The notes beneath the pieces are model-generated. The model had not been told where the DNA came from, made no database searches, and was given only the letters and a program-made list of their open reading frames with translations. 64,000 nt of DNA from Escherichia phage JN02: the sequence record MT782071.1, one strand, 5' to 3'. The translations under genes were made by a program, and so were the position numbers. Shown here in pieces: positions 38,570-48,008 of this stretch (position 1 is the first letter of the stretch; every line of letters starts with the position of its first letter).

Positions 38570-38798
38570 TACACGCTTCAGCCATTTTAAGAATAGAGCC
38601 AGGAGTATCGTTGTCCATTATATTAAAGCTAAATTCAATGGCCCAGTCGGTGCAGACATGAACTGCTTTAACTTCATTGCCTTCAACGCGTAATGGCTCA
38701 ATCCAATACTTGATAGTGTTCTCGAATCCATCATCATCTTTAACGTCCATTTCAACTTCAAGCCTGAGTCCAGCATTGTTAAATTCATCTAAAGTCAT
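38541..38798 (-). CDS. hypothetical acidic protein
   Basis: 85-aa ORF. Confidence 0.35.
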   Translation of the reverse strand: MTLDEFNNAGLRLEVEMDVKDDDGFENTIKYWIEPLRVEGNEVKAVHVCTDWAIEFSFNIMDNDTPGSILKMAEACIEDAYNDED

Positions 38799-39814
38799 TG
38801 TGTTGCCTCAATATAAAGTTCGTTGGAATATTTGACCAGCGCTTCTCTGTCTTCGTCTGAGATATCTGGAATCGCATCAATATATTCTTTAATGATATCT
38901 TGAAGTGATTTAATCTCGATTTCCTGGTCGTCATCAGATTCAACACTGTTATCAACTTTAGAAACCATACGAAGAGAGTGAACTACTTTTTCAAGTTCAG
39001 ATTCAAACTTAGTCAACTCTGAATCAATTTCTGATACTATAACACGTACGGCTAGATTAGTATAATCAGAATAATTGATTTTGCCTTTAAACGGATAAGT
39101 GATTCGTCGATGCCATGTTGTTTCATTAGGAATAAATTCCATACGTTCAACATCAGTGTCAAATACCCAGAATCCTCGAGGGTCGTTCTCATCACCTGCA
39201 GTAAGGGTCCATGGTGTCCCAATATATTTGACGTTAGCAGCTTCAGAGATTGTGTGGAAGTGGCCGGACCAGACTTGTTTATAGGTCTTTAAGAAATCAG
39301 GTTCAAGCCCATGAGACTTCATTCCTTTATAGAAATAAAAGCCATTCAGTTCCCAGTGCCCAACACAATACGCGGCGGAAGAAGTCTTGATGTGCTCTAA
39401 GATTTCACCTGTATTTTCTTCACACATCCATGGAACGATATCAATCAGACATCCGTCAAAATCTACAGTAGTTGGATGCTCGTAAATAGTAAAGTTTTCA
39501 AATTGAGTTAACAATTCAGAAACAGTGTTAGGTGTTATTGTATTCTTAAACGCCATGTCATGGTTTCCTATCGTGACATGAACGTGAATGCCTGCTTTAG
39601 AAATCATATCAACGATTTCACGATTGAATTCCATTGTACGATGTGTTATTGCTTTACGGACGTCAAACCAATCACCGTACTGAATCCAAGTTTTAATCCC
39701 ATGTTTCTTAGAGTATTCAATTGCTTGACGAATACCATCACGTTGAATATCTTGAACCCATGGGTCGTCTTGTTTGACTCCGATGTGGAAGTCGCCTAAG
39801 TGCAAAATTTTCAT
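38795..39814 (-). CDS. 47: recombination nuclease subunit (Mre11/SbcD-like phosphoesterase)
   Basis: 339 aa; MKILHLGDFHIG and GNHD metallophosphatase motifs. Confidence 0.9.
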   Translation of the reverse strand: MKILHLGDFHIGVKQDDPWVQDIQRDGIRQAIEYSKKHGIKTWIQYGDWFDVRKAITHRTMEFNREIVDMISKAGIHVHVTIGNHDMAFKNTITPNTVSELLTQFENFTIYEHPTTVDFDGCLIDIVPWMCEENTGEILEHIKTSSAAYCVGHWELNGFYFYKGMKSHGLEPDFLKTYKQVWSGHFHTISEAANVKYIGTPWTLTAGDENDPRGFWVFDTDVERMEFIPNETTWHRRITYPFKGKINYSDYTNLAVRVIVSEIDSELTKFESELEKVVHSLRMVSKVDNSVESDDDQEIEIKSLQDIIKEYIDAIPDISDEDREALVKYSNELYIEATQ

Positions 39815-39828
39815 ATTATTTCCTCATT

Positions 39829-39861
39829 AGTTAATTCATTCTATCATCCGTTTATAAAGCA
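39829..39861 (-). promoter_or_regulatory. MotA-box middle promoter candidate for gene 47
   Basis: minus strand TGCTTTA, 11 nt, TAGAAT; same CGGATGATAGAAT core as the element upstream of gene 39. Confidence 0.45.
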
Positions 39862-39888
39862 AAAAAAAAAGGAACTCCGAAGAGTTCC
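39861..39888 (-). terminator. rho-independent terminator
   Basis: minus strand GGAACTC-TTCG-GAGTTCC followed by a T10 run. Confidence 0.65.
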
Positions 39889-40100
39889 TATCCACATAGT
39901 ACGCCGTACAGAGGCTCATTTGAACTTTTAAATCGAATGGGCTTGTATGTAATAGTTCCTTCGGCTTTAGCTTTATCATAAGACTCTTTAAAACGTCTCA
40001 TTCTTTCTGCTTTGCCTTTACGGATTTTATCGAAATTTTCAGAAGTCGGGATGTTCGTCATGCATAAGCACCTCTCAGAAAATACCTAAATCGATTTCTC

Positions 40101-40322
40101 TCATCGTTTCCACCATTTCTTAACTTGAAATGAATCAACCCACACGAGTTGTTTTGGGTCTGCCTTTACAATAGGCGGACAAATTTCTGTAATAGAACCG
40201 TCATGATATTCCTTTTCAGAAATTTTAACACAAAGAGGACCTCCCAATTTAAGGGTGAACCCTGCGTTCAGATTAAGACGTTTAAACTTTGTTTGAACTA
40301 GCGCCATTAATGATGTCCTCAA
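40101..40322 (-). CDS. hypothetical small protein (alpha-gt locus)
   Basis: 73-aa ORF. Confidence 0.3.
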   Translation of the reverse strand: MRTSLMALVQTKFKRLNLNAGFTLKLGGPLCVKISEKEYHDGSITEICPPIVKADPKQLVWVDSFQVKKWWKR

Positions 40323-40605
40323 TAGCCTGACGAGTAGTAATCCACTGGATTTTAATTAACTTGTCATTATATGGTTGTCGTAGAATATCCCGAGATTTCT
40401 TAATAGCATATTCGTAAGCTTCGAAGTTATTTTGAATTGCTGCTTCTTGAGCATGAGCATAAAGACGGTTTAGTTCAAAACGATTCTTTTTAAGAATCTT
40501 TTCGGATTTTTTACGTGCTTCAGCTTCATTTTTCTTTTGGATTTCTTGTAGCATTTTAGCTACTGCATCTTCTGCTTCTTTATTTTCAATAATCTCGGTA
40601 GTCAT
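40282..40605 (-). CDS. hypothetical protein (alpha-gt locus)
   Basis: 107-aa ORF, coiled-coil-like. Confidence 0.35.
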   Translation of the reverse strand: MTTEIIENKEAEDAVAKMLQEIQKKNEAEARKKSEKILKKNRFELNRLYAHAQEAAIQNNFEAYEYAIKKSRDILRQPYNDKLIKIQWITTRQAIEDIINGASSNKV

Positions 40606-40606
40606 A

Positions 40607-40900
40607 TTATCTCATTAAATTAAAATAAAAACGTCCATCCTCTTCAATACAGAACTCGTACTCAACTGGAGTCCCGTTTATCGAAAATGACACGTCATGT
40701 GGGTTCAAAGGGTCGATGTCAAAATTAATTTTAAATTCACGACCCAACAGTTTTACCAAATAAGGGATTGCTTCGTCAAAAGGTTCTTCTAAGTAGTTAG
40801 AGATGTCAATTGTCATCCTCATATAAAAAATCCAAACTAGGTGAATCGCTAACAACTTCCTTCTTTTCAGCCCCAGGAGCTTTATAAGCGGATTCTTCAT
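40607..40900 (-). CDS. hypothetical small protein
   Basis: 97-aa ORF; N-terminus overlaps gene 55 so the start is probably internal (about 40820). Confidence 0.3.
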   Translation of the reverse strand: MKNPLIKLLGLKRRKLLAIHLVWIFYMRMTIDISNYLEEPFDEAIPYLVKLLGREFKINFDIDPLNPHDVSFSINGTPVEYEFCIEEDGRFYFNLMR

Positions 40901-41363
40901 AATGCGTCATTTTATCGTAGATGTCTTGAATAAACGTTTCATCTACCAACGCTACCATATCATCGTCATGACTGTCGTAGACATTATGAACGAAGTAACT
41001 ATATTTCTTTGCAACTTCCTTACGTTCTTTTTTGATACGTTGGACAAAAGCATTAAAACAAGCTCGAGTTATGTATGCATGTGGGTTATTGTACTTAGTT
41101 TCGTCGAAATTATGAAGTCCCTTAATAGAGGCTTCAATCCCATCTGCAATCATCTCCTGCTTCCAAGACTGGGTATATCCTGAAAAGTTGAAACGTTTGG
41201 ACAGGCCTTCGGCGATAAGCATAATTGCTAAACCGATGGTATCATTCTGACGAATAATTTTGTTTGGGTCTTTATTATTTAAGAGCTCCTTTTTCCACTC
41301 GATTATAGCGGCGAGAAGCTCTTTATTATTCACATAGTTATTTTTAGGTTTTTGTTCAGTCAT
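40806..41363 (-). CDS. 55: late transcription sigma factor
   Basis: 185 aa; [16 protein letters not shown]...[38 protein letters not shown] matches T4 gp55 as recalled. Confidence 0.92.
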   Translation of the reverse strand: MTEQKPKNNYVNNKELLAAIIEWKKELLNNKDPNKIIRQNDTIGLAIMLIAEGLSKRFNFSGYTQSWKQEMIADGIEASIKGLHNFDETKYNNPHAYITRACFNAFVQRIKKERKEVAKKYSYFVHNVYDSHDDDMVALVDETFIQDIYDKMTHYEESAYKAPGAEKKEVVSDSPSLDFLYEDDN

Positions 41364-41399
41364 AAGTACCTCTTAGCTCAATTCATAGGTCTATTATAT

Positions 41400-41428
41400 C
41401 ATAATATTTAGAGACCTATCTTAAAGCA
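41400..41428 (-). promoter_or_regulatory. MotA-box middle promoter candidate for gene 55, embedded in inverted repeat
   Basis: minus strand TGCTTTA followed 12 nt later by an A/T-rich -10; IR aggtct/agacct. Confidence 0.35.
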
Positions 41429-41435
41429 CGAGATA

Positions 41436-41705
41436 CTATCGGAGCAAACAATAAGCCTGAAACACTTTTTCCATTAAACGTTTGAACTCATGGATATCGA
41501 TATAAAGCTCAGTAAGTCCGGCATTATAAAGAAAATCTAAAAAGTTCTCATGTGTTTCGTTATAGTCGCCTTCGTTTAATTGAGATACATGAGTTTCCCA
41601 AAAACCAACACCTTTAACGAATGGAAAATACGTGACTTTCATGTATTCGTCAACATAAAATTCGCCCAGCTTTTCTTCAGTTATACTGATTCGAGTTAAT
41701 TTCAT
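41436..41705 (-). CDS. hypothetical protein
   Basis: 89-aa ORF. Confidence 0.35.
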   Translation of the reverse strand: MKLTRISITEEKLGEFYVDEYMKVTYFPFVKGVGFWETHVSQLNEGDYNETHENFLDFLYNAGLTELYIDIHEFKRLMEKVFQAYCLLR

Positions 41706-41929
41706 TCTAGTTCCTTTGCTGCTTCAAGAGCAGCATCCAACGAATCAAATTGGTCAACGAAATCGATATTCAACGCATCGTCAGCCGTAGTATATAGCCA
41801 CCATTGTTTGAATTCATATTCTAGGATAAATCCAAGCCCTTCAATCTGAGAAAGACCTAGACTATTTGTACCAACTTCGTAACCAGCTAGACGCAGGTCA
41901 TTAATCAAAGTTTCTGTTAATATGCTCAT
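41702..41929 (-). CDS. hypothetical acidic protein
   Basis: 75-aa ORF. Confidence 0.35.
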   Translation of the reverse strand: MSILTETLINDLRLAGYEVGTNSLGLSQIEGLGFILEYEFKQWWLYTTADDALNIDFVDQFDSLDAALEAAKELE

Positions 41930-42258
41930 TTTACCGCCTTAACAATTTTCAGGTCAACGAATTTTTTCTTACGTTGATTTTTCATACGACGGATAGTCTT
42001 TTCAGAGATTTCATGTTTCTGATAAGCTTTAGATTCAACACCAAATGCAGCAACGTCAAATTCAGAAAGAATATATTGTACTAGAATTTCACGAATAGAA
42101 TTACGTCCAATTTTCTGGTCGTGTTTTTGCATGATTTCATAAAGACGGAATTCCCACGCGTCAAGGACTTGAGGAGTAACAATATTGCCGGATTCCAGAA
42201 GAGCAGCAACTTTATCGAAAGCGAAAGAATTAACTACGTTTTTGATTTTAGTAGACAT
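41926..42258 (-). CDS. hypothetical protein
   Basis: 110-aa ORF. Confidence 0.35.
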   Translation of the reverse strand: MSTKIKNVVNSFAFDKVAALLESGNIVTPQVLDAWEFRLYEIMQKHDQKIGRNSIREILVQYILSEFDVAAFGVESKAYQKHEISEKTIRRMKNQRKKKFVDLKIVKAVK

Positions 42259-42324
42259 ATTATTTTCCTCGGTTATTTTATTATCCGATGAGAGAATTAT
42301 ACTCTGCTCTCAAGAGTTTGTATA

Positions 42325-42564
42325 CTATTTTTTAAGCATGAAAAGTAAGTAATTTGTATCACGTGGAGTAATATCAACACCCATATCAAAGATGCCTTTA
42401 TAGATTGGGTATTTGTTTTCGGTTGTATCGAAGCTGAAACTATTTCCATCACAACTAACAGTAATAGCATCTGTTAAAATGTCATACTCAATCCTAACAA
42501 TTGAATCCCCAATTTTAACGTCGAGGTGTTTTTTGAATTTGATAAAATCTAATTCTTGGGCCAT
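42325..42564 (-). CDS. hypothetical protein
   Basis: 79-aa ORF. Confidence 0.35.
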   Translation of the reverse strand: MAQELDFIKFKKHLDVKIGDSIVRIEYDILTDAITVSCDGNSFSFDTTENKYPIYKGIFDMGVDITPRDTNYLLFMLKK

Positions 42565-42619
42565 GATATTTTCCTCAAGTTGATAGGAAGATAATATGTC
42601 TTCCTATCGTTGTACATTA

Positions 42620-42832
42620 TTAACCGAACTTTTTAGCGCCTTTCCAGCCTTCGTACATAGCTGCGCAAGTCAATAGCACAGCATGTTGACATTCTTTGTA
42701 TTTGTAAATCCAGAACCAACGTAAAAAGTCTTCGTCCTCAACACCGTTGAGTTTCATATTGGCAAAGAATTCGGCACGTTCTTCACGAAGTTGCCATGAC
42801 ACAATATTTTCAGGATTCATTTTGTGTTCCAC
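42620..42832 (-). CDS. hypothetical protein
   Basis: 70-aa ORF. Confidence 0.3.
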   Translation of the reverse strand: MEHKMNPENIVSWQLREERAEFFANMKLNGVEDEDFLRWFWIYKYKECQHAVLLTCAAMYEGWKGAKKFG

Positions 42833-43044
42833 GCCCCATTTTCATCGATGAACTTAATCCAGTCATTTACAGACCATTTAGTTGTATCACCCTTTGGATT
42901 AACATTTAAAGTATATAATCCCTGCTTAAAAAGCATTCGTTTGATATTCATAATTTCCTCAACTGTAACGATAACATTCGTTAGCTTTACGTTTGGCTTC
43001 AGTATGAGAAGTATTATAATCATAATCTTCTTTACTGTAAACAT
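42817..43044 (-). CDS. hypothetical protein
   Basis: 75-aa ORF. Confidence 0.3.
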   Translation of the reverse strand: MFTVKKIMIIILLILKPNVKLTNVIVTVEEIMNIKRMLFKQGLYTLNVNPKGDTTKWSVNDWIKFIDENGAWNTK

Positions 43045-43279
43045 CTTTTTTCAACTTACGAACTTCTTTGCGGAGTTGTCGATTCATTTCGTTCTTGACT
43101 TCAGAATCAACGCCTTTCATACGTTTCCACTTATCAGAGCGGAATATGTTTTCAACCATGTCTTTGTGGCTAACACCGTCAGGAGCTTTACGTTTACCAA
43201 AATAGTCGTAATCACGAACTTTCAAATCTTTACGACGATACGTTTTACCCATAAGTACCTCAGAGGTTGATTGATACAA
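42959..43279 (-). CDS. hypothetical basic protein
   Basis: 106-aa ORF, Lys/Arg-rich. Confidence 0.3.
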   Translation of the reverse strand: MYQSTSEVLMGKTYRRKDLKVRDYDYFGKRKAPDGVSHKDMVENIFRSDKWKRMKGVDSEVKNEMNRQLRKEVRKLKKDVYSKEDYDYNTSHTEAKRKANECYRYS

Positions 43280-43628
43280 TGCGTTTGATAAAATTCACTT
43301 CACTTACTGAAAGGTCTTTAAGACCGATTGATTCTAAACGCTGAGTAAGCGTCAACATTGGGATATAGTCCCAATGTGTTTTAGACGTTTGGTAAGTACG
43401 GACGCCATTAGCAATTTCAACGTTCAAATCGGAAATGGTAATGAATATCAGACGTTCGTTGTTTACATTAAGAGTTAGAACAACTTTCTTTGAATCTAAA
43501 CTAATCATTTTGTTTTCCTCTATAGTAGATGGTTTAATCTTAACACATCTATTGAGGATGTAAACTGTTTTATGAAAATATTTTCGATTTGAGAGGGGCA
43601 CAAGGAGATAGTGAAGTGAAGATTCCAA
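43260..43628 (-). CDS. hypothetical protein
   Basis: 122-aa ORF. Confidence 0.35.
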   Translation of the reverse strand: MESSLHYLLVPLSNRKYFHKTVYILNRCVKIKPSTIEENKMISLDSKKVVLTLNVNNERLIFITISDLNVEIANGVRTYQTSKTHWDYIPMLTLTQRLESIGLKDLSVSEVNFIKRIVSINL

Positions 43629-43673
43629 TGGATTATATTAGAAATGAGATAAAGAAGACCAGGCGGCACCTGG

Positions 43674-43982
43674 TCAATCTTCTATGATATCAGAGTCATA
43701 TCCTAATGAAATCAAGGACTTTTTAAACTCTGCAATATTCTTTTGTTTCTTATCATTTAAAAATATGACAGGATAACGAATATTAAGTGAAGTGAATCCT
43801 GCACGTTTAGCAAGAGATACGATTAAAGGACGGTCATATTCAATCTTACCATTATTAGTGAGGACTTTATAAAATGTATAAGGAGCATTGAGCTCCTTTA
43901 AAAGTTTTGTAACAGTATAACATCCTGGACAACGTCCTACTTCTTCAGGGATGCCATAGATTTCAATCTTGTTGTGTTCCAC
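43674..43982 (-). CDS. nrdH: glutaredoxin-like protein NrdH
   Basis: 102 aa; CPGC active-site motif near N-terminus; upstream of nrdG/nrdD. Confidence 0.7.
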   Translation of the reverse strand: MEHNKIEIYGIPEEVGRCPGCYTVTKLLKELNAPYTFYKVLTNNGKIEYDRPLIVSLAKRAGFTSLNIRYPVIFLNDKKQKNIAEFKKSLISLGYDSDIIED

Positions 43983-43984
43983 AA

Positions 43985-44221
43985 TTATTCCTTGCCAAGA
44001 ACAGAATTCAGTTTATTAGTAATTTTGTCCAAACGTTCATTGAATTCGTTGGAGGATAAACCCTTTTCCGGAGAAATTAAACTAATCACGAAAAATACAA
44101 CAGTAAAAGGAATAAGGAAAATAGCTCCAACTGCCATAAACAAAAAGAACGTTACAGTTGTAAGAAAATCAGCTAAACCTTTACGAAATTTATACATATT
44201 TACCCTTAATTGATTAACCAA
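43985..44221 (-). CDS. small membrane protein
   Basis: 78 aa with two hydrophobic segments. Confidence 0.35.
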   Translation of the reverse strand: MVNQLRVNMYKFRKGLADFLTTVTFFLFMAVGAIFLIPFTVVFFVISLISPEKGLSSNEFNERLDKITNKLNSVLGKE

Positions 44222-44311
44222 ACATTGATAAACACTAAACTATATTGGGAATAAAATTCTGGACCAAAATGAAAAATCATATCATTTATAGTATCCATAA
44301 TGTAATTCAAT

Positions 44312-44782
44312 TTAATCATGTTTCCACACCCCATCGGTATTTGACCAAAGTCGCTGATTATCTGATCCTCGCCACAGTTTTTTGGTCGGAAGATTTTTCT
44401 CATACTTCCCATCAATAATAACATCAACATATTTAAGCATTTCTAGTTGTTTAATATCTTCAAATTTATATCCTGTCCACAACCAAATGCTTTTATTGGG
44501 ATAAAGATTTTTTACTGTTTGAACAATGCAATGAACAACATCTCGGTTATCAGGATAGAGCGGGTCTCCTCCAGTTATAGTTAATCCTTCTATATAATCA
44601 TTATTCAAACATTCAATTAATTGTTCCAGTGTTTCACCAGTGAATGGAACGCCATTTCTAGCGTTCCATGTTGATTTATTATAACACCCTTCGCATTTAT
44701 GCAAACAACCTGTAACGAAAAGAACGACCCTGCATCCAGGGCCATTCACAAAATCGCAAGGATAAAATCTATCATAATTCAT
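44312..44782 (-). CDS. nrdG: anaerobic ribonucleotide reductase activating protein (radical SAM)
   Basis: 156 aa; CLHKCEGC cluster motif. Confidence 0.85.
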   Translation of the reverse strand: MNYDRFYPCDFVNGPGCRVVLFVTGCLHKCEGCYNKSTWNARNGVPFTGETLEQLIECLNNDYIEGLTITGGDPLYPDNRDVVHCIVQTVKNLYPNKSIWLWTGYKFEDIKQLEMLKYVDVIIDGKYEKNLPTKKLWRGSDNQRLWSNTDGVWKHD

Positions 44783-46596
44783 TGGTGTTTAACCCTATGC
44801 ATGATTTCTTTATTTTTGCCGAGATTAAATCCGCGTTCGTTCGGATTTCCCAAATAACCACAAGTTCTTCTTATTGTGTTCATCTTTTTAGGATCAGTTT
44901 CTCCACAAATAGAACAAACAAATCCATTTTCGGTAGGAGTCATTTCATGGGTACTTCCACACGTAAAACATTTATCTACTGGCATATTAACACCAAAATA
45001 ATCTAAATGTTGTGCAGCATAATCCCATACAGCCTCAAGACCTTTTAAGTTATTTTTCATATCAGGAAGTTCAACATAAGAAATGTGTCCACCTGTCGCA
45101 ATGAAATGATATGGGGCTTCGCGAGAAATCTTTTCAAACGGAGTAATATTTTCTTCTACTGAAACATGGAAACTATTAGTGTACCAGCCTTTATCAGTAA
45201 CATCCTTTACACTTCCATATTTTTCGGTATCAAGTTTACAGAAGCGATAACAAAGGTTTTCAGCGGGAGTAGAATACAAGCTAAAAGCAAAACCAGTTCT
45301 TTCAGTCCACTGCTTAAGACGAGCATTCATTTTAGTCAAAATTTCCTGTCCAATATCACGACCGACAAGAATATTCAATTCGTGAATTCCAATGTATCCC
45401 AAAGACACTGAACTTCTGCCGTTTTTAAATAACTCAATTATATCGTCATCAGGTTTAAGACGAACCCCGAATGCACCTTCTTGGTAAAGAATAGGAGCAA
45501 CAGTTGCTTTAACACCCTTTAAAGAACTAATTCTACACATCAAGGCTTCAAAACACAAATCCATTCGTTCATTGAACAATTCGGCAAATTTCTGTTCATT
45601 GAATTGTGTTCCAATATAAGAATCTAACGCAATACGAGGAAGATTCAGTGTTACAACGCCAAGATTATTACGTCCATCAAGAATTTCATTACCAGTCGAA
45701 TCTTTCCATACGCTCAAGAAACTACGGCAACCCATTGGAGAAACAGGAATAGATGAACCGGTGATAACTTTATTATTCTTAACTGAAATAATATCAGGAT
45801 ACATCCTTTTGCTTGCACACTCTAGAGCAAGCTGCTTAATATCGTAGTTCGGGTCGTCTTTATAAAGATTGACACCCTCTTCAACGAACATAACAAGTTT
45901 AGGGAAAATAGGAGTTATTCCATCACGACCAAGGCCTTTAATTCGGTTTTTAAGAATTGCCTTCTGAATAATTCGTTCAGTCCAGTCAGTTCCAGTACCA
46001 AATGTAATTGTTACAAAAGGCGTTTGTCCGTTTGAACTAAAGAGAGTATTTACTTCATATTCATAAGCTTGGAATGCGTCATAGACATCTTTTTCTGTTT
46101 TAGATTGGGCATAATTCAACGCATCAGCGATTTGCCATTTTTCTGCATCCTCAATATGTTTTGCATAGGTGCGTTTAACATAAGGAGAAAGTACTTTATC
46201 TACATTAGCAAAAGTCGTTCCGCCGTACTGATGTGAAGCAACCTGCGCAGTAATTTGTGCCATAATTGCAGTAGCAACGCCAATCGATTTAGGCGTTTCA
46301 ATTTGAGCATTACCTAGCTTAAATCCTTTTTCAAGCATTCCTTTTAAATCTACTAAACAACAATTAGTAAATGGAAGAGCAGGGGAATAATCAATATCGT
46401 GGAAATGGATAATTCCGCTTTCATGTGCTTTCATAATAAAAGACGGGACCATATTTTTGGCAATGTGCTTAGACACAATACCAGCCATAAGGTCCCGTTG
46501 AGTTGGAAAAACACGAGAATCTTTATTAGCATTCTCGTTCAAAAGATCTTTATTAGTTTTATGAATTAATCCTTCAATTTCTTTTTCAATTTTCAT
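44779..46596 (-). CDS. nrdD: anaerobic ribonucleoside-triphosphate reductase (glycyl radical enzyme)
   Basis: 605 aa, uninterrupted; C-terminal Zn ribbon CFTCGS...CSICG and glycyl radical motif RRTCGYLG. Confidence 0.92.
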   Translation of the reverse strand: MKIEKEIEGLIHKTNKDLLNENANKDSRVFPTQRDLMAGIVSKHIAKNMVPSFIMKAHESGIIHFHDIDYSPALPFTNCCLVDLKGMLEKGFKLGNAQIETPKSIGVATAIMAQITAQVASHQYGGTTFANVDKVLSPYVKRTYAKHIEDAEKWQIADALNYAQSKTEKDVYDAFQAYEYEVNTLFSSNGQTPFVTITFGTGTDWTERIIQKAILKNRIKGLGRDGITPIFPKLVMFVEEGVNLYKDDPNYDIKQLALECASKRMYPDIISVKNNKVITGSSIPVSPMGCRSFLSVWKDSTGNEILDGRNNLGVVTLNLPRIALDSYIGTQFNEQKFAELFNERMDLCFEALMCRISSLKGVKATVAPILYQEGAFGVRLKPDDDIIELFKNGRSSVSLGYIGIHELNILVGRDIGQEILTKMNARLKQWTERTGFAFSLYSTPAENLCYRFCKLDTEKYGSVKDVTDKGWYTNSFHVSVEENITPFEKISREAPYHFIATGGHISYVELPDMKNNLKGLEAVWDYAAQHLDYFGVNMPVDKCFTCGSTHEMTPTENGFVCSICGETDPKKMNTIRRTCGYLGNPNERGFNLGKNKEIMHRVKHQ

Positions 46597-47066
46597 TTTA
46601 AACTCTTTCTAAGCTGCTTTTTGAATGAAGCTATTAATTGTGTTTTGGTATCAGATTCATTATATTCAAATCCTCTTTGAAGCATCTCGGCCATCATTTC
46701 CTCTTTACCTAGTCTTGAGAACTCTTTAGTTTTGTCTGGAACAAAATTAGGATGGATATTATTATCAGAATAATCTTGTTTCAAATAAGCAAGAAGAGCT
46801 TCAAGCCATTCGAGGTAGTCGACATCACGTCCTTTAAGACCGGAACGGTTGAACTTATGCTTCATTTGACCTTCTGCTGCATTGCACAGATTACAGAGTA
46901 ACCCACGAACTCTACCTGCTTTTGGCCCGTTTAATTCGTGGTCGTGGTCAAGATGGTTACCTTGAACATCAGGGTCTAATTCACGGTGGCAAATAGGACA
47001 CTTACCGTTCTGTGCATCATAAAATTTTTGTTTTTCTTCTTTATATTTTGCGCCTGATAATAACAT
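46593..47066 (-). CDS. 49: endonuclease VII (Holliday junction resolvase)
   Basis: 157 aa; CPICHRELDP...HLDHDHELNGPKAGRVRGLLCNLCN matches T4 endo VII as recalled. Confidence 0.93.
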   Translation of the reverse strand: MLLSGAKYKEEKQKFYDAQNGKCPICHRELDPDVQGNHLDHDHELNGPKAGRVRGLLCNLCNAAEGQMKHKFNRSGLKGRDVDYLEWLEALLAYLKQDYSDNNIHPNFVPDKTKEFSRLGKEEMMAEMLQRGFEYNESDTKTQLIASFKKQLRKSLK

Positions 47067-47095
47067 GATAAACCCTTACCTTAAATAGATAAGGG

Positions 47096-47103
47096 TATTT
47101 ATA
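47096..47103 (-). promoter_or_regulatory. late promoter TATAAATA upstream of gene 49
   Basis: exact TATAAATA on minus strand about 30 nt before gene 49 ATG. Confidence 0.45.
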
Positions 47104-47105
47104 AT

Positions 47106-47285
47106 TTAGTAAACGTTATAAAAGTCTCGATGAAAACGTTTATATTGACGAATCATTCTTTTAGTAGGACGTGTTACCGAAATGATTGAAGTCCTCATGT
47201 TCGGATTGTTTGGAGCACCAATTATAACAAATTTCCAAGATTTTTGACCGTTTGTTCTTTCGCCAAAAAATAATGCAGTTTTCAT
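47106..47285 (-). CDS. small basic protein, RPTKR-tail family (59 aa), below the ORF-track cutoff
   Basis: MKTALFFGERTNGQKSWKFVIIGAPNNPNMRTSIISVTRPTKRMIRQYKRFHRDFYNVY; same C-terminal motif as 19578..19835 and 47710..47907. Confidence 0.4.
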   Translation of the reverse strand: MKTALFFGERTNGQKSWKFVIIGAPNNPNMRTSIISVTRPTKRMIRQYKRFHRDFYNVY

Positions 47286-47294
47286 AATAAGCCC

Positions 47295-47846
47295 TTAACT
47301 TAAACGTCTTTCTAAATATTCAATGTATTCCGCTGCGGCTTGCATCAGATTACCTTCATAACCGTCATTATTTTCTTGGGCGGCTAATTTAGCTAAAGCA
47401 TAAGAAATACGTTCACCTTCGAATTCGCCAAGTCCACTGCCACAAACTACTTGGTCAATTTCTTCGAGTTCATCTATTGAATGGGATTCCCAGAAGCACC
47501 AAAGAGAAGTATCACGGTCATAGATGCAAAGTTTCTCACCTGTGTTCAACATCACTTCGATAATGCCATGGTCGCCATAACCATCTTCGGTAGTAGTACC
47601 AATTACCTTGACGATTGTTCCTTTCTTTAATTCAGGAAACTTGTCTTGTAGTTCTTCGTCTTCTTTAACAATCTTGAACCATTTACCGCGAGTTTCAGAA
47701 ATATTCATATCAATATCCTCTATAAAAGTTACGATGAGAACGTTTAGCTTTGCGAAGCTGACGTTTAGTAGGACGAACTGTAAATGGTTGTCCAGAGAAA
47801 AAATTCGGATCGGTTTTAATAAGCAAATACCAATCATGTTTGCCAT
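47295..47846 (-). CDS. hypothetical acidic protein
   Basis: likely real start at the internal MNISETRG (about 47708) with GAGGA RBS; the N-terminal 46 codons of the ORF look non-coding. Confidence 0.4.
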   Translation of the reverse strand: MANMIGICLLKPIRIFSLDNHLQFVLLNVSFAKLNVLIVTFIEDIDMNISETRGKWFKIVKEDEELQDKFPELKKGTIVKVIGTTTEDGYGDHGIIEVMLNTGEKLCIYDRDTSLWCFWESHSIDELEEIDQVVCGSGLGEFEGERISYALAKLAAQENNDGYEGNLMQAAAEYIEYLERRLS

Positions 47847-47907
47847 TTTTTAATAAACGGTACAATAATTTAACTTGCATAATAATCTCTTCCCATTTCC
47901 ATATCAA
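47710..47907 (-). CDS. small basic protein, RPTKRQ-tail family
   Basis: 65 aa; C-terminus TVRPTKRQLRKAKRSHRNF. Confidence 0.4.
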   Translation of the reverse strand: MIWKWEEIIMQVKLLYRLLKNGKHDWYLLIKTDPNFFSGQPFTVRPTKRQLRKAKRSHRNFYRGY

Positions 47908-48008
47908 TTAATTCATTTATTGAAGGCTCATCATAACATGTTTCTTCGTCGTTGTAAACTGTTTCGACGTCTGGCTCGACTGTCTCCCAGCGCGCCAAAT
48001 ACCACGGT

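Noticed and set aside
39815-40100. Pseudogene remnant of alpha-glucosyltransferase
   Set aside because: The interval is too short and is occupied by a terminator and promoter elements; no frame with GT-like motifs was seen
44779-46596. Group I intron or homing endonuclease in nrdD, as in T4
   Set aside because: The reading frame is continuous for 605 codons with the glycyl-radical motif in frame at the C-terminus; no intervening non-coding block
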